Assembly (NCBI GenBank): GCA_964447335.1
Contig: CAYUSA010000001.1
Location: forward strand, 63,091 to 127,090
Direction of reading: 5' to 3'
Length of the DNA: 64,000 nucleotides
Source: an uncultured Actinomycetes bacterium
GTDB lineage: Bacteria > Actinomycetota > UBA4738 > HRBIN12
Part shown: positions 48,501-58,290 of the stretch, in pieces
Layout of the letters: each line of letters begins with the position of its first letter
Position numbering within the stretch: position 1 is the stretch's first letter
Program-made: the position numbers and the translations under genes
Notes under the pieces: generated by a model
Seen by the model: the letters and a program-made list of their open reading frames with translations, nothing else
Databases searched by the model: none
What the model was told of the DNA's origin: nothing

Positions 48501-50111
48501 GTGACCGAGGGCGAGGACCGCGAAGACCGCGAGGACCTGTTCGAGGACCTGGACAAGTTCTTCGCTCCCATCCAGGACGTGGACTGGGCGGAGTCCGGCG
48601 CGCCCGCGCCGACGCCGCCGACGCCCGAACCCCCGGCTGGCGAGCCCGAGCCCCCCGTGCCACCGGAGCCCTCGGAGCCCTCGGCGCCGGAGGCCGAGAC
48701 CACCGAGGTCTTCGGGGAGGACGTCTTCGCCGCGGAGGCGCCGGCGGTCTCCGAGGAGCTGTTCGAGCAGGAGCCGGCGCCGGCTGCATGGACCTCCGCG
48801 TCCGAGGAGGATGAGGAGGAGGGCGGCATCGAGGCCTTCCTGTTCGCGGAGGAGGAGGAGCAGGAGGAGGTCGTGGTGGGGGAGGCCACCCCCTCCGAGC
48901 CCTCGGCCCCGTCCGAGGCGTCCGTCGGTCTGCCTGGGCCGGACGAGATCGCCGAGGAGGGCGAGGGGGCGCTCGAGGACATCGTGGTCGCCGACGAGCC
49001 GATCGAGGAGACGCCTTCGGCCGAGGAACTCGCCGCCGCGGCGGAGCATTTCGCCGAGTCGGTGCGCGACGAGGTCCATGTCGAGCCCGAGCTCGAGGTC
49101 CCCGTGGGCGGCTTCGACACACAGCCCGACGCCGCGATCGCAGACCTCCTCGGCCCGGACGAACAGGGCGAGGACGAGCTCGCCGAGGAGCTCGGGACGC
49201 CGGTGCGCACCGTCCGGGTGGGCACGGAAGGGCTCGGCGGGCCGAGCTGGCAGGAGCCGACCACGGTCGAGGTCGGACCCGACGCCGAGCGCCGCGGCCC
49301 CGGCCGCAACGTGCAGCTCGCGTTCCTCACCGGGATCGTGCTCGCCGCGCTCGCGGTCGGCGCGATCGCGATCGGCCCCGGCCCGTTCGCCGTCCTCGCG
49401 GGGGTCGTGGTCCTCATCGCTCAGGGCGAGTTCTACTTCGCGCTCCAGAAGCGCCACTACCAGCCGGCGACGGCGCTCGGCCTCGTGTCGGGTGGACTCG
49501 TGCTCGCGGCCGGCTACTACCGGGGCGAGTCCGCGATGCTCGCGGTCACCGCCCTCGGCGTAATCGCGTCGTTCCTTTGGTACATGACCGTCCCGGCGCA
49601 GCACCGGCGCAACGTGATCTCGAACATCGGGCTCACGGTGCTCGGCATCGTCTGGATCCCGATGTTCGCCGGCTACCTGCTCACCGTGCTGCCCTTCACC
49701 GACGGCCGGGGTCTCGTCCTCGCGATCCTCGGCCTCACGGTCGCCTACGACGCCTCGGCATTCGCCGTCGGCTACTTCTGGGGGAGCCGGCCGCTGTCGC
49801 CCAACGTCTCGCCGAAGAAGTCCTGGGAAGGTGCCATCGGCGCCACGCTCGTGGTCGTGGCGGTCGCGGTCGGCGTCGTGGCGCCGAGCGTGAGCCTGCT
49901 CGACACCATCCCGAGGGCCGTCGGCCTGGCGGTCGTCGTCGCGCTGTTCGCGCCGCTCGGGGACCTCGCCGAGTCGCTCGTGAAGCGGGATCTCGGGATC
50001 AAGGACATGGGCAGCATCCTGCCGGGCCACGGCGGGGTCCTGGACCGGATCGACGCGATGCTGTTCGTCGCGCCGGCCGCGCTCCTGTACCTGCGTCTGA
50101 TCCTGTCCTGA
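48501..50111 (+). CDS. cdsA: phosphatidate cytidylyltransferase with a roughly 265-aa acidic low-complexity N-terminal extension
   Basis: C-terminal CdsA signature SPKKSWEGAIGA...GDLAESLVKRDLGIKDMGSILPGHGGVLDRIDA. The N-terminal 48501-49300 is an E/P/A-rich coding-like sequence in the same frame. Confidence 0.82.
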   Translation: MTEGEDREDREDLFEDLDKFFAPIQDVDWAESGAPAPTPPTPEPPAGEPEPPVPPEPSEPSAPEAETTEVFGEDVFAAEAPAVSEELFEQEPAPAAWTSASEEDEEEGGIEAFLFAEEEEQEEVVVGEATPSEPSAPSEASVGLPGPDEIAEEGEGALEDIVVADEPIEETPSAEELAAAAEHFAESVRDEVHVEPELEVPVGGFDTQPDAAIADLLGPDEQGEDELAEELGTPVRTVRVGTEGLGGPSWQEPTTVEVGPDAERRGPGRNVQLAFLTGIVLAALAVGAIAIGPGPFAVLAGVVVLIAQGEFYFALQKRHYQPATALGLVSGGLVLAAGYYRGESAMLAVTALGVIASFLWYMTVPAQHRRNVISNIGLTVLGIVWIPMFAGYLLTVLPFTDGRGLVLAILGLTVAYDASAFAVGYFWGSRPLSPNVSPKKSWEGAIGATLVVVAVAVGVVAPSVSLLDTIPRAVGLAVVVALFAPLGDLAESLVKRDLGIKDMGSILPGHGGVLDRIDAMLFVAPAALLYLRLILS

Positions 50112-50166
50112 GCCCTCCGCCTCGCCGTTGAGCGGTTTCCCCGAGAGCCGGGGTACTCTTCCTGGC

Positions 50167-51324
50167 ATGCGCACGCTCGTCATCCTCGGGTCGACGGGAT
50201 CGGTCGGGACGCAGGCCCTGGACGTCGTCCGGCGGAACCCGGACCGGTTCAAGGTCGTCGGGCTCTCCGCCGGAACGAACCAGGAACTGCTCATCGGCCA
50301 GATCCGGGAGTTCCTGCCGCCCTACGTCGCGATCGCGAACGAGGACGCCGCGACCGATCTGAAGGAGCGCCTCGCGGGCATCCGGGGCGTCGAGATCCTC
50401 GTCGGTCCCGAGGCCGCGGAGATGCTCGCCCGGGACACCGAGGCCGACATGGTGCTGAACGCGCTCGTCGGCTCGGCGGGCCTCGCGCCGACGCTCGCGG
50501 CCCTCCAGGCCGGCAAGACGCTCGCCCTCGCGAACAAGGAGAGCCTCGTCGTCGGCGGCGAGCTGGTGCTCGATCTCATCAAGGGCGAGCCCGAGCGACT
50601 GATCCCCGTGGACTCCGAGCACGCGGCGCTCGCGCAGTGCCTGCGCGGGGAGCGGCGCGACGACGTGAAGCGCGTCGTGCTCACCGGCTCGGGCGGTCCC
50701 TTCCGCGGGTGGACGCACGCCGAGCTCGCGAAGGCCTCCGTGAAGGAGGCGCTCGCCCACCCGGTGTGGGTCATGGGCCCGAAGATCACGATTGACTCCG
50801 CCACGCTGATGAACAAGGGCCTCGAGGTGATCGAGGCGCACTACCTGTTCGGCATCGACTACTCGCAGATCCACGTCGTGATCCATCCGGAGGGCATCGT
50901 GCACGCGATCGCCGAGTTCCGGGACGGCTCGATGACCGCACAGCTCGCGGTGCCGGACATGAAGCTCCCGATCCAACTCGCGCTCGGCTGGCCGGAGCGG
51001 CTGCCGAACGGCGTCGAGCCCGTGCCGCTCACCGAGCGCAATCTCACCTTCGAGCCGGTGGACCGCGAGGCCTTCCCGGCGATCGACCTGGCCTACCGCG
51101 TCGGCGAGCTCGGACTCACCTTCCCCGCGGTCATGAGCGCGGCCAACGAGGTCGCGGTCATGGCGTTCCTCGAGGGCAAGATCCCGCTCACGCGCATCGT
51201 CGAGGTCGTCACGGCGGTCGTCGACGAGCACGAGGTGCCCTCGTCGGTGGTCTCGGTCGTGAGCCTCGAGCGGGCGGACGCATGGGCCCGCAGGCGCGCC
51301 GCGGAGACCATCGAGGCTCGTTGA
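50167..51324 (+). CDS. dxr: 1-deoxy-D-xylulose 5-phosphate reductoisomerase
   Basis: ILGSTGSVGTQALDV, LANKESLV and MGPKITIDSATLMNKG motifs. Confidence 0.92.
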   Translation: MRTLVILGSTGSVGTQALDVVRRNPDRFKVVGLSAGTNQELLIGQIREFLPPYVAIANEDAATDLKERLAGIRGVEILVGPEAAEMLARDTEADMVLNALVGSAGLAPTLAALQAGKTLALANKESLVVGGELVLDLIKGEPERLIPVDSEHAALAQCLRGERRDDVKRVVLTGSGGPFRGWTHAELAKASVKEALAHPVWVMGPKITIDSATLMNKGLEVIEAHYLFGIDYSQIHVVIHPEGIVHAIAEFRDGSMTAQLAVPDMKLPIQLALGWPERLPNGVEPVPLTERNLTFEPVDREAFPAIDLAYRVGELGLTFPAVMSAANEVAVMAFLEGKIPLTRIVEVVTAVVDEHEVPSSVVSVVSLERADAWARRRAAETIEAR

Positions 51325-51337
51325 CCGGGACGCGCTG

Positions 51338-52459
51338 ATGGCCGGCACCGTTGGTACCGTCGGGTTCTTCGTCGCCCTCGTCGCGGTGATCGTCGTGCAC
51401 GAGCTCGCGCACTTCGGCGTGGCGAAGGCGTTCGGGATCAAGGTGACGGAGTTCTTCGTCGGCTTCGGTCCGCGCATCTGGTCCACCCGCCGCGGTGAGA
51501 CCGAGTACGGCGTGAAGTGGATCCCGGCGGGGGGCTACGTGAAGATCGCCGGGATGAACCCGTACGAGGAGGTTCCGCCCGAGGACCTGCCTCGCACCTT
51601 CGGATCCAAACCGATCTGGCAGCGCGTGCTCGTGATCGTGGCCGGCCCGAGCACCCACTTCGTGCTGGCGTTCCTGCTCTTCGCGCTGTGGCTCGGGTTC
51701 GTCGGTCAACCGGTCGCGAGCAGTCCGCTCATCGCGGACGTGGCGCCGACGCTCGGGGGCGTGGCGTCGCCCGCGGCGACCGCGGGGCTCCAAGCAGGCG
51801 ACCGCATCGTCGTCATCGGCGGCATCGAGGATCCGACGGACGCGCAGCTCGTTGCCTTCACGCGGAACCACGTCGGCGAGCCCGTGCCGTTCGTCATCGA
51901 GCGCGACGGCGAGCGGTTCGACGTGACGCTCGCCCCGGTGCTCGCGACCGTCGAGGGCAGGCAGGTCGGGCGGATCGGCGTGATCCTCGGCTGGGCTCGG
52001 GAGGAGACGAGCCCGATCGGATCCATCACCGGCGGCGCGAGGCTCGTGTGGTCCTCGCTGGGCGACACGGTCCGCAACGTCAGCCGGATCTTCGGGCCCG
52101 AGGGCATCGGCCGCGTGTTCCGGCTCCTGTTCACCGACACGCCGCGCGCGGATACGGATCCGGCGAGCGTCGTCGGCATCGGGCAGCTCGCGAGCCAGAC
52201 GGCCTCGGGCGGCGATGCCGGAGATCTCATCTACCTGTTCGCGATCGTGAACGTGTTCATCGGGTTCCTGAACCTGCTGCCGCTGCCGCCGTTCGACGGC
52301 GGCCACGTCGCCGTGCTCGCGATCGAGAAGGTCCGCGGCAAGAGCGTCGACATGCGCAAGGTGGTGCCGGTCTCGGTCGCGGTGGCCGCGTTCTTCATCG
52401 TGTTCACGGTCTCGATCATCTACCTGGACATCGTGAAGCCGATCAGCCTCACGCCGTAG
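51338..52459 (+). CDS. rseP: site-2 protease (M50 zinc metalloprotease RseP/Rip)
   Basis: HELAHF, a PDZ region, and NLLPLPPFDGGH motifs. Confidence 0.88.
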   Translation: MAGTVGTVGFFVALVAVIVVHELAHFGVAKAFGIKVTEFFVGFGPRIWSTRRGETEYGVKWIPAGGYVKIAGMNPYEEVPPEDLPRTFGSKPIWQRVLVIVAGPSTHFVLAFLLFALWLGFVGQPVASSPLIADVAPTLGGVASPAATAGLQAGDRIVVIGGIEDPTDAQLVAFTRNHVGEPVPFVIERDGERFDVTLAPVLATVEGRQVGRIGVILGWAREETSPIGSITGGARLVWSSLGDTVRNVSRIFGPEGIGRVFRLLFTDTPRADTDPASVVGIGQLASQTASGGDAGDLIYLFAIVNVFIGFLNLLPLPPFDGGHVAVLAIEKVRGKSVDMRKVVPVSVAVAAFFIVFTVSIIYLDIVKPISLTP

Positions 52460-52517
52460 CGCACCGCCACAACTTCTCAACACCCTGCCCGGAGAGGGGC
52501 AACGACCTGCGGATACG

Positions 52518-53243
52518 ATGGGGAACGTGAGCCAGCAGACCGTGCTGGTCGTGGACGACGAGGAGGCGATCGCCGAAGCCGTCCGCGCCCGACTGCAGAG
52601 CGAGGGGTACGAGGTCCTCGTGGCGGGCGACGGGCCCGAGGCGATCGCGGTCTGCGACCGAGCGCACCCAGACCTCGTCGTGCTCGACCTCATGCTGCCC
52701 GGGATGGACGGCCTGGAGGTCTGCAAGCGCATCCAGCACGACCGGTGGGTCCCGGTCCTGATGCTGACGGCGCGCACCGAGGAGGCCGACAAGGTCGCCG
52801 GGTTCGCCGTCGGTGCCGACGACTACCTCACGAAACCCTTCAGCCTGCGCGAGCTCGCGGTGCGGGTCCGCGCGATCTTGCGCCGGGTCGAGCGCGTCGC
52901 CGCGGCGGAGTCCGGTTCGCCGGAAGAGCCGCTCGAGCGTGGCGGGCTGACGATCGACGCCGGCCGGCGCCGGGTCACGGTCGACGGCGAGGAGATCCCC
53001 CTCACGCCGCTCGAGTTCGAGATCCTGCTCACCCTCGCGCGCGAGCCCGGCGTGGTGTTCACGCGCGAGCAGCTGATGGACCGCGTCTGGGGATACCGCG
53101 ACTACGCGGGCGGACGCGTGGTGGACTCGCACGTCGCGCGGATCCGGCGCAAGCTTCGGGAGGACGGCAACGAGCCGCGGTTCATCCGGACCGTGCACGG
53201 CGTCGGCTACGCGTTCCGTGAGGACGAGGCGGCCGGGCGATGA
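52518..53243 (+). CDS. OmpR-family response regulator
   Basis: Receiver domain (VLVVDDEE, LVVLDLMLPGMDG) plus a winged helix-turn-helix (LTPLEFEILLTLA...VHGVGY). Confidence 0.88.
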   Translation: MGNVSQQTVLVVDDEEAIAEAVRARLQSEGYEVLVAGDGPEAIAVCDRAHPDLVVLDLMLPGMDGLEVCKRIQHDRWVPVLMLTARTEEADKVAGFAVGADDYLTKPFSLRELAVRVRAILRRVERVAAAESGSPEEPLERGGLTIDAGRRRVTVDGEEIPLTPLEFEILLTLAREPGVVFTREQLMDRVWGYRDYAGGRVVDSHVARIRRKLREDGNEPRFIRTVHGVGYAFREDEAAGR

Positions 53244-54301
53244 AGCTGCTGCAGAAGCTGCCGACGATCCGGGCGAAGCTCGGTTCGGTGATCGTGTTCG
53301 CGGTCGGGATGACGATCCTGCTCGTCTACCTGCTCCTCGGCATCGTGTTCCATGTGTTCGCGATCCGCGAGCACTGGTGGGAGCTGCTGCTCGCGGGGGC
53401 GCTCGGCGCCGGGCTCGCGCTCCTCATCGCCCGGTGGGTCGCGCGGGGGATGACGCAGCCGCTGCGAGACATGGCACAGGCCGCCCGGCGCATGGAGCGC
53501 GGCGACTACGCCCAGCGCGTCGTCACGGCCTCGGTCGACGAGGTCGGACAGCTCGCGCAGGCCTTCAACCGCATGAGCGCCGAGCTCGACCAGCTGGAAG
53601 GCCTCCGCCGCGACCTCGTCGCGAACGTCAGCCATGAGCTGAAGACGCCGATCTCGGCGCTCCGCGCGCACCTGGAGAACCTCCTCGACGGTGTGGAGCA
53701 ACCCGACCCCGACACCCTGCAGGTCATGCTCGCGCAGTCCGAGCGGCTCGGGCGTCTCGTCGACCAGCTGCTCGAGCTCTCGCGGATCGAGTCGGGCGAC
53801 GTGCCGCTGCGGCGCGAGGAGGTCTATCTCGGTCCGCTCGTCTCGGAGGTCGTTTCGGAGATCGAGGTGGCCCGGGCCGACCGCGGTGTGGCACTCGAGC
53901 GCGCGATGCCCGCGGATCTGCCGGCCGTCTTCGCGGACCGCGAGCGGATCCACCAGGTCCTGTTCAACCTGCTCGACAACGCCGTGCGCTTCACGCCCTC
54001 TGGCGGGCGCGTGACGGTGACGGCCGACCGTCACAACGGTGCGGTCGACGTGCACGTCGCCGACACCGGCCCCGGCATCGCGGCCGAGCACCTGCCGCGG
54101 CTGTTCGAGCGCTTCTACCGTGTCGACCCCGCGCGATCGCAGAAGGACGGCGGGACCGGTATCGGCCTCGCGATCGCGCGCTCGGTCGTCGAGGCCCACG
54201 GCGGCCGCATCTGGGCGGAGAGCAGCCCGGGGGTCGGAAGCGTGTTCACGTTCGAGCTACCGGTCGCACCCGCGGCCGCAACGACAAGGAGGGAACCGTG
54301 A
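53240..54301 (+). CDS. intramembrane-type sensor histidine kinase (two transmembrane helices, HAMP, HisKA, HATPase_c)
   Basis: VSHELKTPISAL His box and G boxes DTGPGI and GTGIGLAIA. No substantial periplasmic loop. Confidence 0.85.
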   Translation: MKLLQKLPTIRAKLGSVIVFAVGMTILLVYLLLGIVFHVFAIREHWWELLLAGALGAGLALLIARWVARGMTQPLRDMAQAARRMERGDYAQRVVTASVDEVGQLAQAFNRMSAELDQLEGLRRDLVANVSHELKTPISALRAHLENLLDGVEQPDPDTLQVMLAQSERLGRLVDQLLELSRIESGDVPLRREEVYLGPLVSEVVSEIEVARADRGVALERAMPADLPAVFADRERIHQVLFNLLDNAVRFTPSGGRVTVTADRHNGAVDVHVADTGPGIAAEHLPRLFERFYRVDPARSQKDGGTGIGLAIARSVVEAHGGRIWAESSPGVGSVFTFELPVAPAAATTRREP

Positions 54302-54747
54302 GGTCGGTCACCACCACGGTCGAGGTCGCCGCGCCGCAGCGCTACGCCTACCTCGACCTCACCGAGGAGCTCCAGCGCGCGATCAAGGACTCGGGCGTCA
54401 CCGACGGAGCCGCGATCGTCTTCTGCGCGCACACGACGTGCGCCCTGCTCATCAACGAGTGGGAGGACGGCGCGATGCAGGACTTCCGGTCGCGGATGCA
54501 GCACCTCGTACCCGAGGACACCTACTACGCGCACGACGATCTCGACCGGCGGACGCAGAACCTCGAGGAATCGCACGAGCGCCGCAACGGGCACTCGCAC
54601 GTGAAGTCGATGCTGTTGTCGGCGAGCTCCCACGCGATCCCCGTGGTGGCGGGCGAGCCGGCGCTCGGCCGGTGGCAGCGACTCATCCTGTTCGAGATGG
54701 ACGAGCCGAAGGAGCGCCAGGTCCTGTTCCACGTGTTCGGCGAGTGA
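54298..54747 (+). CDS. YjbQ/UPF0047 family protein (secondary thiamine-phosphate synthase-like)
   Basis: GTG start overlapping the kinase stop. AIVFCAHTTCALLINEWEDG...GHSH motifs. Confidence 0.75.
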   Translation: MRSVTTTVEVAAPQRYAYLDLTEELQRAIKDSGVTDGAAIVFCAHTTCALLINEWEDGAMQDFRSRMQHLVPEDTYYAHDDLDRRTQNLEESHERRNGHSHVKSMLLSASSHAIPVVAGEPALGRWQRLILFEMDEPKERQVLFHVFGE

Positions 54748-54768
54748 GCCGGTAGCCTGGGAACCGAG

Positions 54769-55863
54769 ATGCTCGCGGAGCGGAGGAAGACCCGGCAGGT
54801 CACGGTCGGCGACGTCACGATCGGTGGCGACGCGCCGATCCGCCTGCAGTCGATGACGACCACGAAGACGGCCGACATCGACGCGACGCTGCAGCAGATC
54901 GCGTCGCTCGTGGCCGCGGGAGTCGACATCGTGCGCGTGGCGGTGCCGCGCTGGGAGGACGCCGAGGCGCTCCCCGAGATCGCCGCGAAGTCGACGGTTC
55001 CGGTGATCGCGGACATCCACTTCCAATGGAAGTACGCGATGGCCGCGCTCGAGGCCGGCATCCAGGGGCTGCGGATCAACCCCGGCAACATCAAGTACCA
55101 CGACAAGGTCCGGCTCATCGCGCGCGAGGCGAAGGCCCGTGGGGTGCCGATCAGGATCGGCGTGAACGCCGGCTCGCTCGAGAAGGATCTGCTCGAGCGC
55201 TACGGCTCGCCGACGCCCGAAGCGCTCGTCGAGAGCGCGCTGAACGAAGCGCGGATCCTCGAGGACGAGGACTTCTTCGACATCAAGATCAGCGTGAAGC
55301 ACTCGAGCGCCGCGACGATGATCCAGGCCTACCGGATGCTCGCCGAGAAGTGCGACTACCCGCTCCACCTCGGCGTGACGGAGGCCGGCCCGATGCCGAT
55401 GGGCGGTGTGAAGAGCGCGGTCGGCATCGGCGCGCTCCTCGCCGAGGGGATCGGCGACACGATCCGCGTCAGCCTCACCGACGACCCGGTCGAGGAGGTC
55501 AAGGTCGGCACGTGGATCCTGGGGTCGCTCGGGCTGCGCAAGCGCGGGCTGGACCTGGTCGCGTGCCCCTCGTGCGGCCGCGCCGAGGTCAACGTGCTCG
55601 AGCTCACCCGTAAGGTGAACGAGGCGATCGAACGCGAGCGGTTCACCGTGCCGATGCGCGTCGCCGTGATGGGGTGTGTCGTGAACGGCCCCGGCGAGGC
55701 GCGCGAGGCCGACGTCGGCATCGCCGCGGGCAACGGTCTCGGCTTCATCGTCCGCCAGGGCCAGGTCGTGGCGAAGGTCCCCGAGGCCGAGCTCGTGGAC
55801 GCGCTCCTCTTCGAAGCCCGCAAGGTCGCCGCCGAGAAGGCAACCGAGCCGGCCGACGCCTGA
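54769..55863 (+). CDS. ispG: 4-hydroxy-3-methylbut-2-enyl diphosphate synthase
   Basis: GcpE family, including the C-terminal Cys triad (CPSCGR...GCVVNGPGE). Confidence 0.92.
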   Translation: MLAERRKTRQVTVGDVTIGGDAPIRLQSMTTTKTADIDATLQQIASLVAAGVDIVRVAVPRWEDAEALPEIAAKSTVPVIADIHFQWKYAMAALEAGIQGLRINPGNIKYHDKVRLIAREAKARGVPIRIGVNAGSLEKDLLERYGSPTPEALVESALNEARILEDEDFFDIKISVKHSSAATMIQAYRMLAEKCDYPLHLGVTEAGPMPMGGVKSAVGIGALLAEGIGDTIRVSLTDDPVEEVKVGTWILGSLGLRKRGLDLVACPSCGRAEVNVLELTRKVNEAIERERFTVPMRVAVMGCVVNGPGEAREADVGIAAGNGLGFIVRQGQVVAKVPEAELVDALLFEARKVAAEKATEPADA

Positions 55864-55881
55864 TCCGTCGTCGCGCGGCGC

Positions 55882-56943
55882 TCACGGCTTCCGGAACAGG
55901 TAGTGAGCCGCCGCCGTGCGCAGGTCGGCGTCGGAGGCCGCTCGGAACGGCGCCGCGAGGCGGGCGCGGTCGATGCCCGGTTCGCCCTCCTGCGCCTCGC
56001 GCTCCGTCTCCACGTAGCGGTGAGACGGCAGCACCATGCGGCGCATCGCGATGCGCTCGAACCCAGCGCGCTCGAGCAGGTCGGCGATCTGGGAGGGCAG
56101 CAGGCGGTTGTGGTACGCGAGCGGATGCCCGAACAGCGCGTGGTAGGACGCCCGGCCAAACCGCAGGTGGTTGAGGAACGGCCACGACGGATCGGCGTGG
56201 TGGAGATGGTCGCGATGGTCCACGACGTGGGACATCACCGCACCGGGCCGCAGGATCCGGCGGCACTCCTCCAGGAGGATGCGGAGCTCGCGCGGGCGGT
56301 GGTGTTCCAGCACGCCGCCGGAATGGCACAGGTCCACGGAAGCATCCGGTAGCGGGATGCGGCCGTCGGCGGCCACCTCGACGACGCGTCCCCCGATCCT
56401 CTCGACGGCGGTGAGGGCGCTCGGCGACCCCCGGAGAGTTTCGAGCTGCGCGCGACGCGCCGGGAGATCCGGTAGGTCGGGCAAGGGGCAGGCGAGGGCC
56501 CCGTCGAGGGCCGGCACGAGATAGCGGTTCACGATCCTCGCGTCTCGGTTCGTCACCACACCGGCCTTCCCGGTGACCAGGTGGCTCGCGAAGGACGGGA
56601 ACGGGGTCCACCCGCCCTGGTAGATCCACGCGTCCGCGCCCTCCAGGTCCAGCAGTGAGCGCCAGACGTCGACGTACCCGGGCCAGACGCGGGCGAGCTT
56701 GTCGACGTGCGTGCGCTGCGTGCCCATCCACTCGCGGGTGACGATCCGGTAGGCATGAGGCCCGCCGGGCAGGCTTCCCGCGACCGTCAGGAGGGCGGCC
56801 TTGCCGACGGCTCGCCACACGACGCCTGCTCCTCGCTCGGCTCGTACAGGACCCGGCCCCGGTTGTGGGCGACCTGCTCGTCCACGAGCACGGTGCCGTC
56901 CGGCCGCGCGATCCGGCGCAGGATCCGGTTCTCGCGCATCCAC
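55882..56943 (-). CDS. putative class I SAM-dependent methyltransferase
   Basis: Methyltransferase 11-like core (VDLCHSGGVLEHH...RILRPGAVM). The ORF-track 5' end overlaps vanW by about 150 bp, so the real start is probably internal (about 56730-56823). Confidence 0.55.
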   Translation of the reverse strand: MDAREPDPAPDRAAGRHRARGRAGRPQPGPGPVRAERGAGVVWRAVGKAALLTVAGSLPGGPHAYRIVTREWMGTQRTHVDKLARVWPGYVDVWRSLLDLEGADAWIYQGGWTPFPSFASHLVTGKAGVVTNRDARIVNRYLVPALDGALACPLPDLPDLPARRAQLETLRGSPSALTAVERIGGRVVEVAADGRIPLPDASVDLCHSGGVLEHHRPRELRILLEECRRILRPGAVMSHVVDHRDHLHHADPSWPFLNHLRFGRASYHALFGHPLAYHNRLLPSQIADLLERAGFERIAMRRMVLPSHRYVETEREAQEGEPGIDRARLAAPFRAASDADLRTAAAHYLFRKP

Positions 56944-57716
56944 ACGTCACCGTCCCGGAAGAAGCGATGGCCCTCCTCTCGCACCTCGACGCGGATCCGG
57001 GGGTCGCGCGCGGTCCGCAACTCGCACACGAAGGTGCCGTCCTCGACGCGGGTGCGAAGGACCACCGGCACGACAAGCGGGTTCTGGAACCGCAGGTCGG
57101 TATGGCGCCACACGACGGTCGCGCCGCAACCGAACGGAACGGTCCGTTGGTGGTCCGGGAACAGGTCGAGGCCGTGCCGGTGGCGTTCGACGATCCGCAT
57201 CCCTGCCTGCACCGCCACCCAGTACAGCCCGTTCGACACCTGACAGAGCCCGCCGCCGACACCGCGACTCGATCGGCCGTCGTGGAGCTCGAGGCCGAGG
57301 CGGAACCCGCGGCGCAGGCTCGGCCGCCCCACCGCGTGGTGGTACGAGAACACCCGGCCGGGCTCGATGAGCGTTCCGTCGAGGATCCGGGCGCCGAGAC
57401 CAACGTTCGCCTCCTTGCCTCGTTGCAGATCGGCGGCGATGGCGCCGGGGTCCCGCTCGAGTGGCGACATGTGCGTCGCGAGCCCCCACCGGTAGCCGAC
57501 GAGCTCCGAGGGCGACAGCGAGCGCCGCGCCATCGATCTGCGCTCTGCGATCCATCGGGGAGCGAGCAGGAGGTTCACGAGCGCCAACCGGACGCGGAAC
57601 GGCACGATCCGCCGGGCGAGCGATCGGATCCGCGAGGAACCGGCGACGCGCGGTGCCTGGGCGGTTGCGGGCGTCATCACCCCACCGACCCGTCGGGAGC
57701 CGGAGCGGTTCCGCAC
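56787..57716 (-). CDS. VanW-family protein
   Basis: VanW core (GGGLCQVSNGLYWVAVQAGMRIVERHRHGLDL...GCGATVV). Confidence 0.7.
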   Translation of the reverse strand: MRNRSGSRRVGGVMTPATAQAPRVAGSSRIRSLARRIVPFRVRLALVNLLLAPRWIAERRSMARRSLSPSELVGYRWGLATHMSPLERDPGAIAADLQRGKEANVGLGARILDGTLIEPGRVFSYHHAVGRPSLRRGFRLGLELHDGRSSRGVGGGLCQVSNGLYWVAVQAGMRIVERHRHGLDLFPDHQRTVPFGCGATVVWRHTDLRFQNPLVVPVVLRTRVEDGTFVCELRTARDPRIRVEVREEGHRFFRDGDVWMRENRILRRIARPDGTVLVDEQVAHNRGRVLYEPSEEQASCGEPSARPPS

Positions 57717-57720
57717 GGCG

Positions 57721-58290
57721 TCAGCCGCGCGCGAGCGTGAGGAAGTTGCGCACGATCCTCGGGCCCTCGGGCGTGAGGATCGACTCGGGATGGAACTGCA
57801 CGCCGAACCGCGGCAGCGTGCGGTGCTGCATCGCCATCACCAGGCCCTCGTCGCTCCACGCGGTGAGCTCGAGCTCCTCGGGCAGGCCCTCGCGCAGGAC
57901 GACGAGCGAGTGGTAGCGCCCGGCCTCGAACGGGTTCGGCAGGCCGGCGAGGATCCCCTTGCCCTCGTGGAAGACCAGGCTCGCCTTGCCGTGGACCGGG
58001 GCCGCGCGGTCGACGCGGCCGCCGGCGACGAGCCCCATCGCCTGGTGGCCGAGGCAGACGCCGAGCACCGGGGTCTCGGCCGGCAGCAGCCTCAGGAGGT
58101 CGGTGAAGACGCCGGCGTCCTCGGGGCGGCCGGGTCCGGGGGACAGGATAACGGCCGCGGGATCGCGCGCGACGAGCGCCTCGGCGGGCTCGGCGTCGCT
58201 CTTCACGACCTCGGTCGCGAACCCAAGGCTCTCGACCAGCTGGACGAGGTTGTAGGTGAAGCTGTCGTAGTTGTCGACGACGAGGATCAC
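57721..58290 (-). CDS. glutamine amidotransferase subunit of anthranilate/aminodeoxychorismate synthase (TrpG/PabA)
   Basis: MILVVDNYDSFTYNL, GVCLGHQ and FHPES motifs (class I glutamine amidotransferase triad). Confidence 0.9.
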   Translation of the reverse strand: MILVVDNYDSFTYNLVQLVESLGFATEVVKSDAEPAEALVARDPAAVILSPGPGRPEDAGVFTDLLRLLPAETPVLGVCLGHQAMGLVAGGRVDRAAPVHGKASLVFHEGKGILAGLPNPFEAGRYHSLVVLREGLPEELELTAWSDEGLVMAMQHRTLPRFGVQFHPESILTPEGPRIVRNFLTLARG

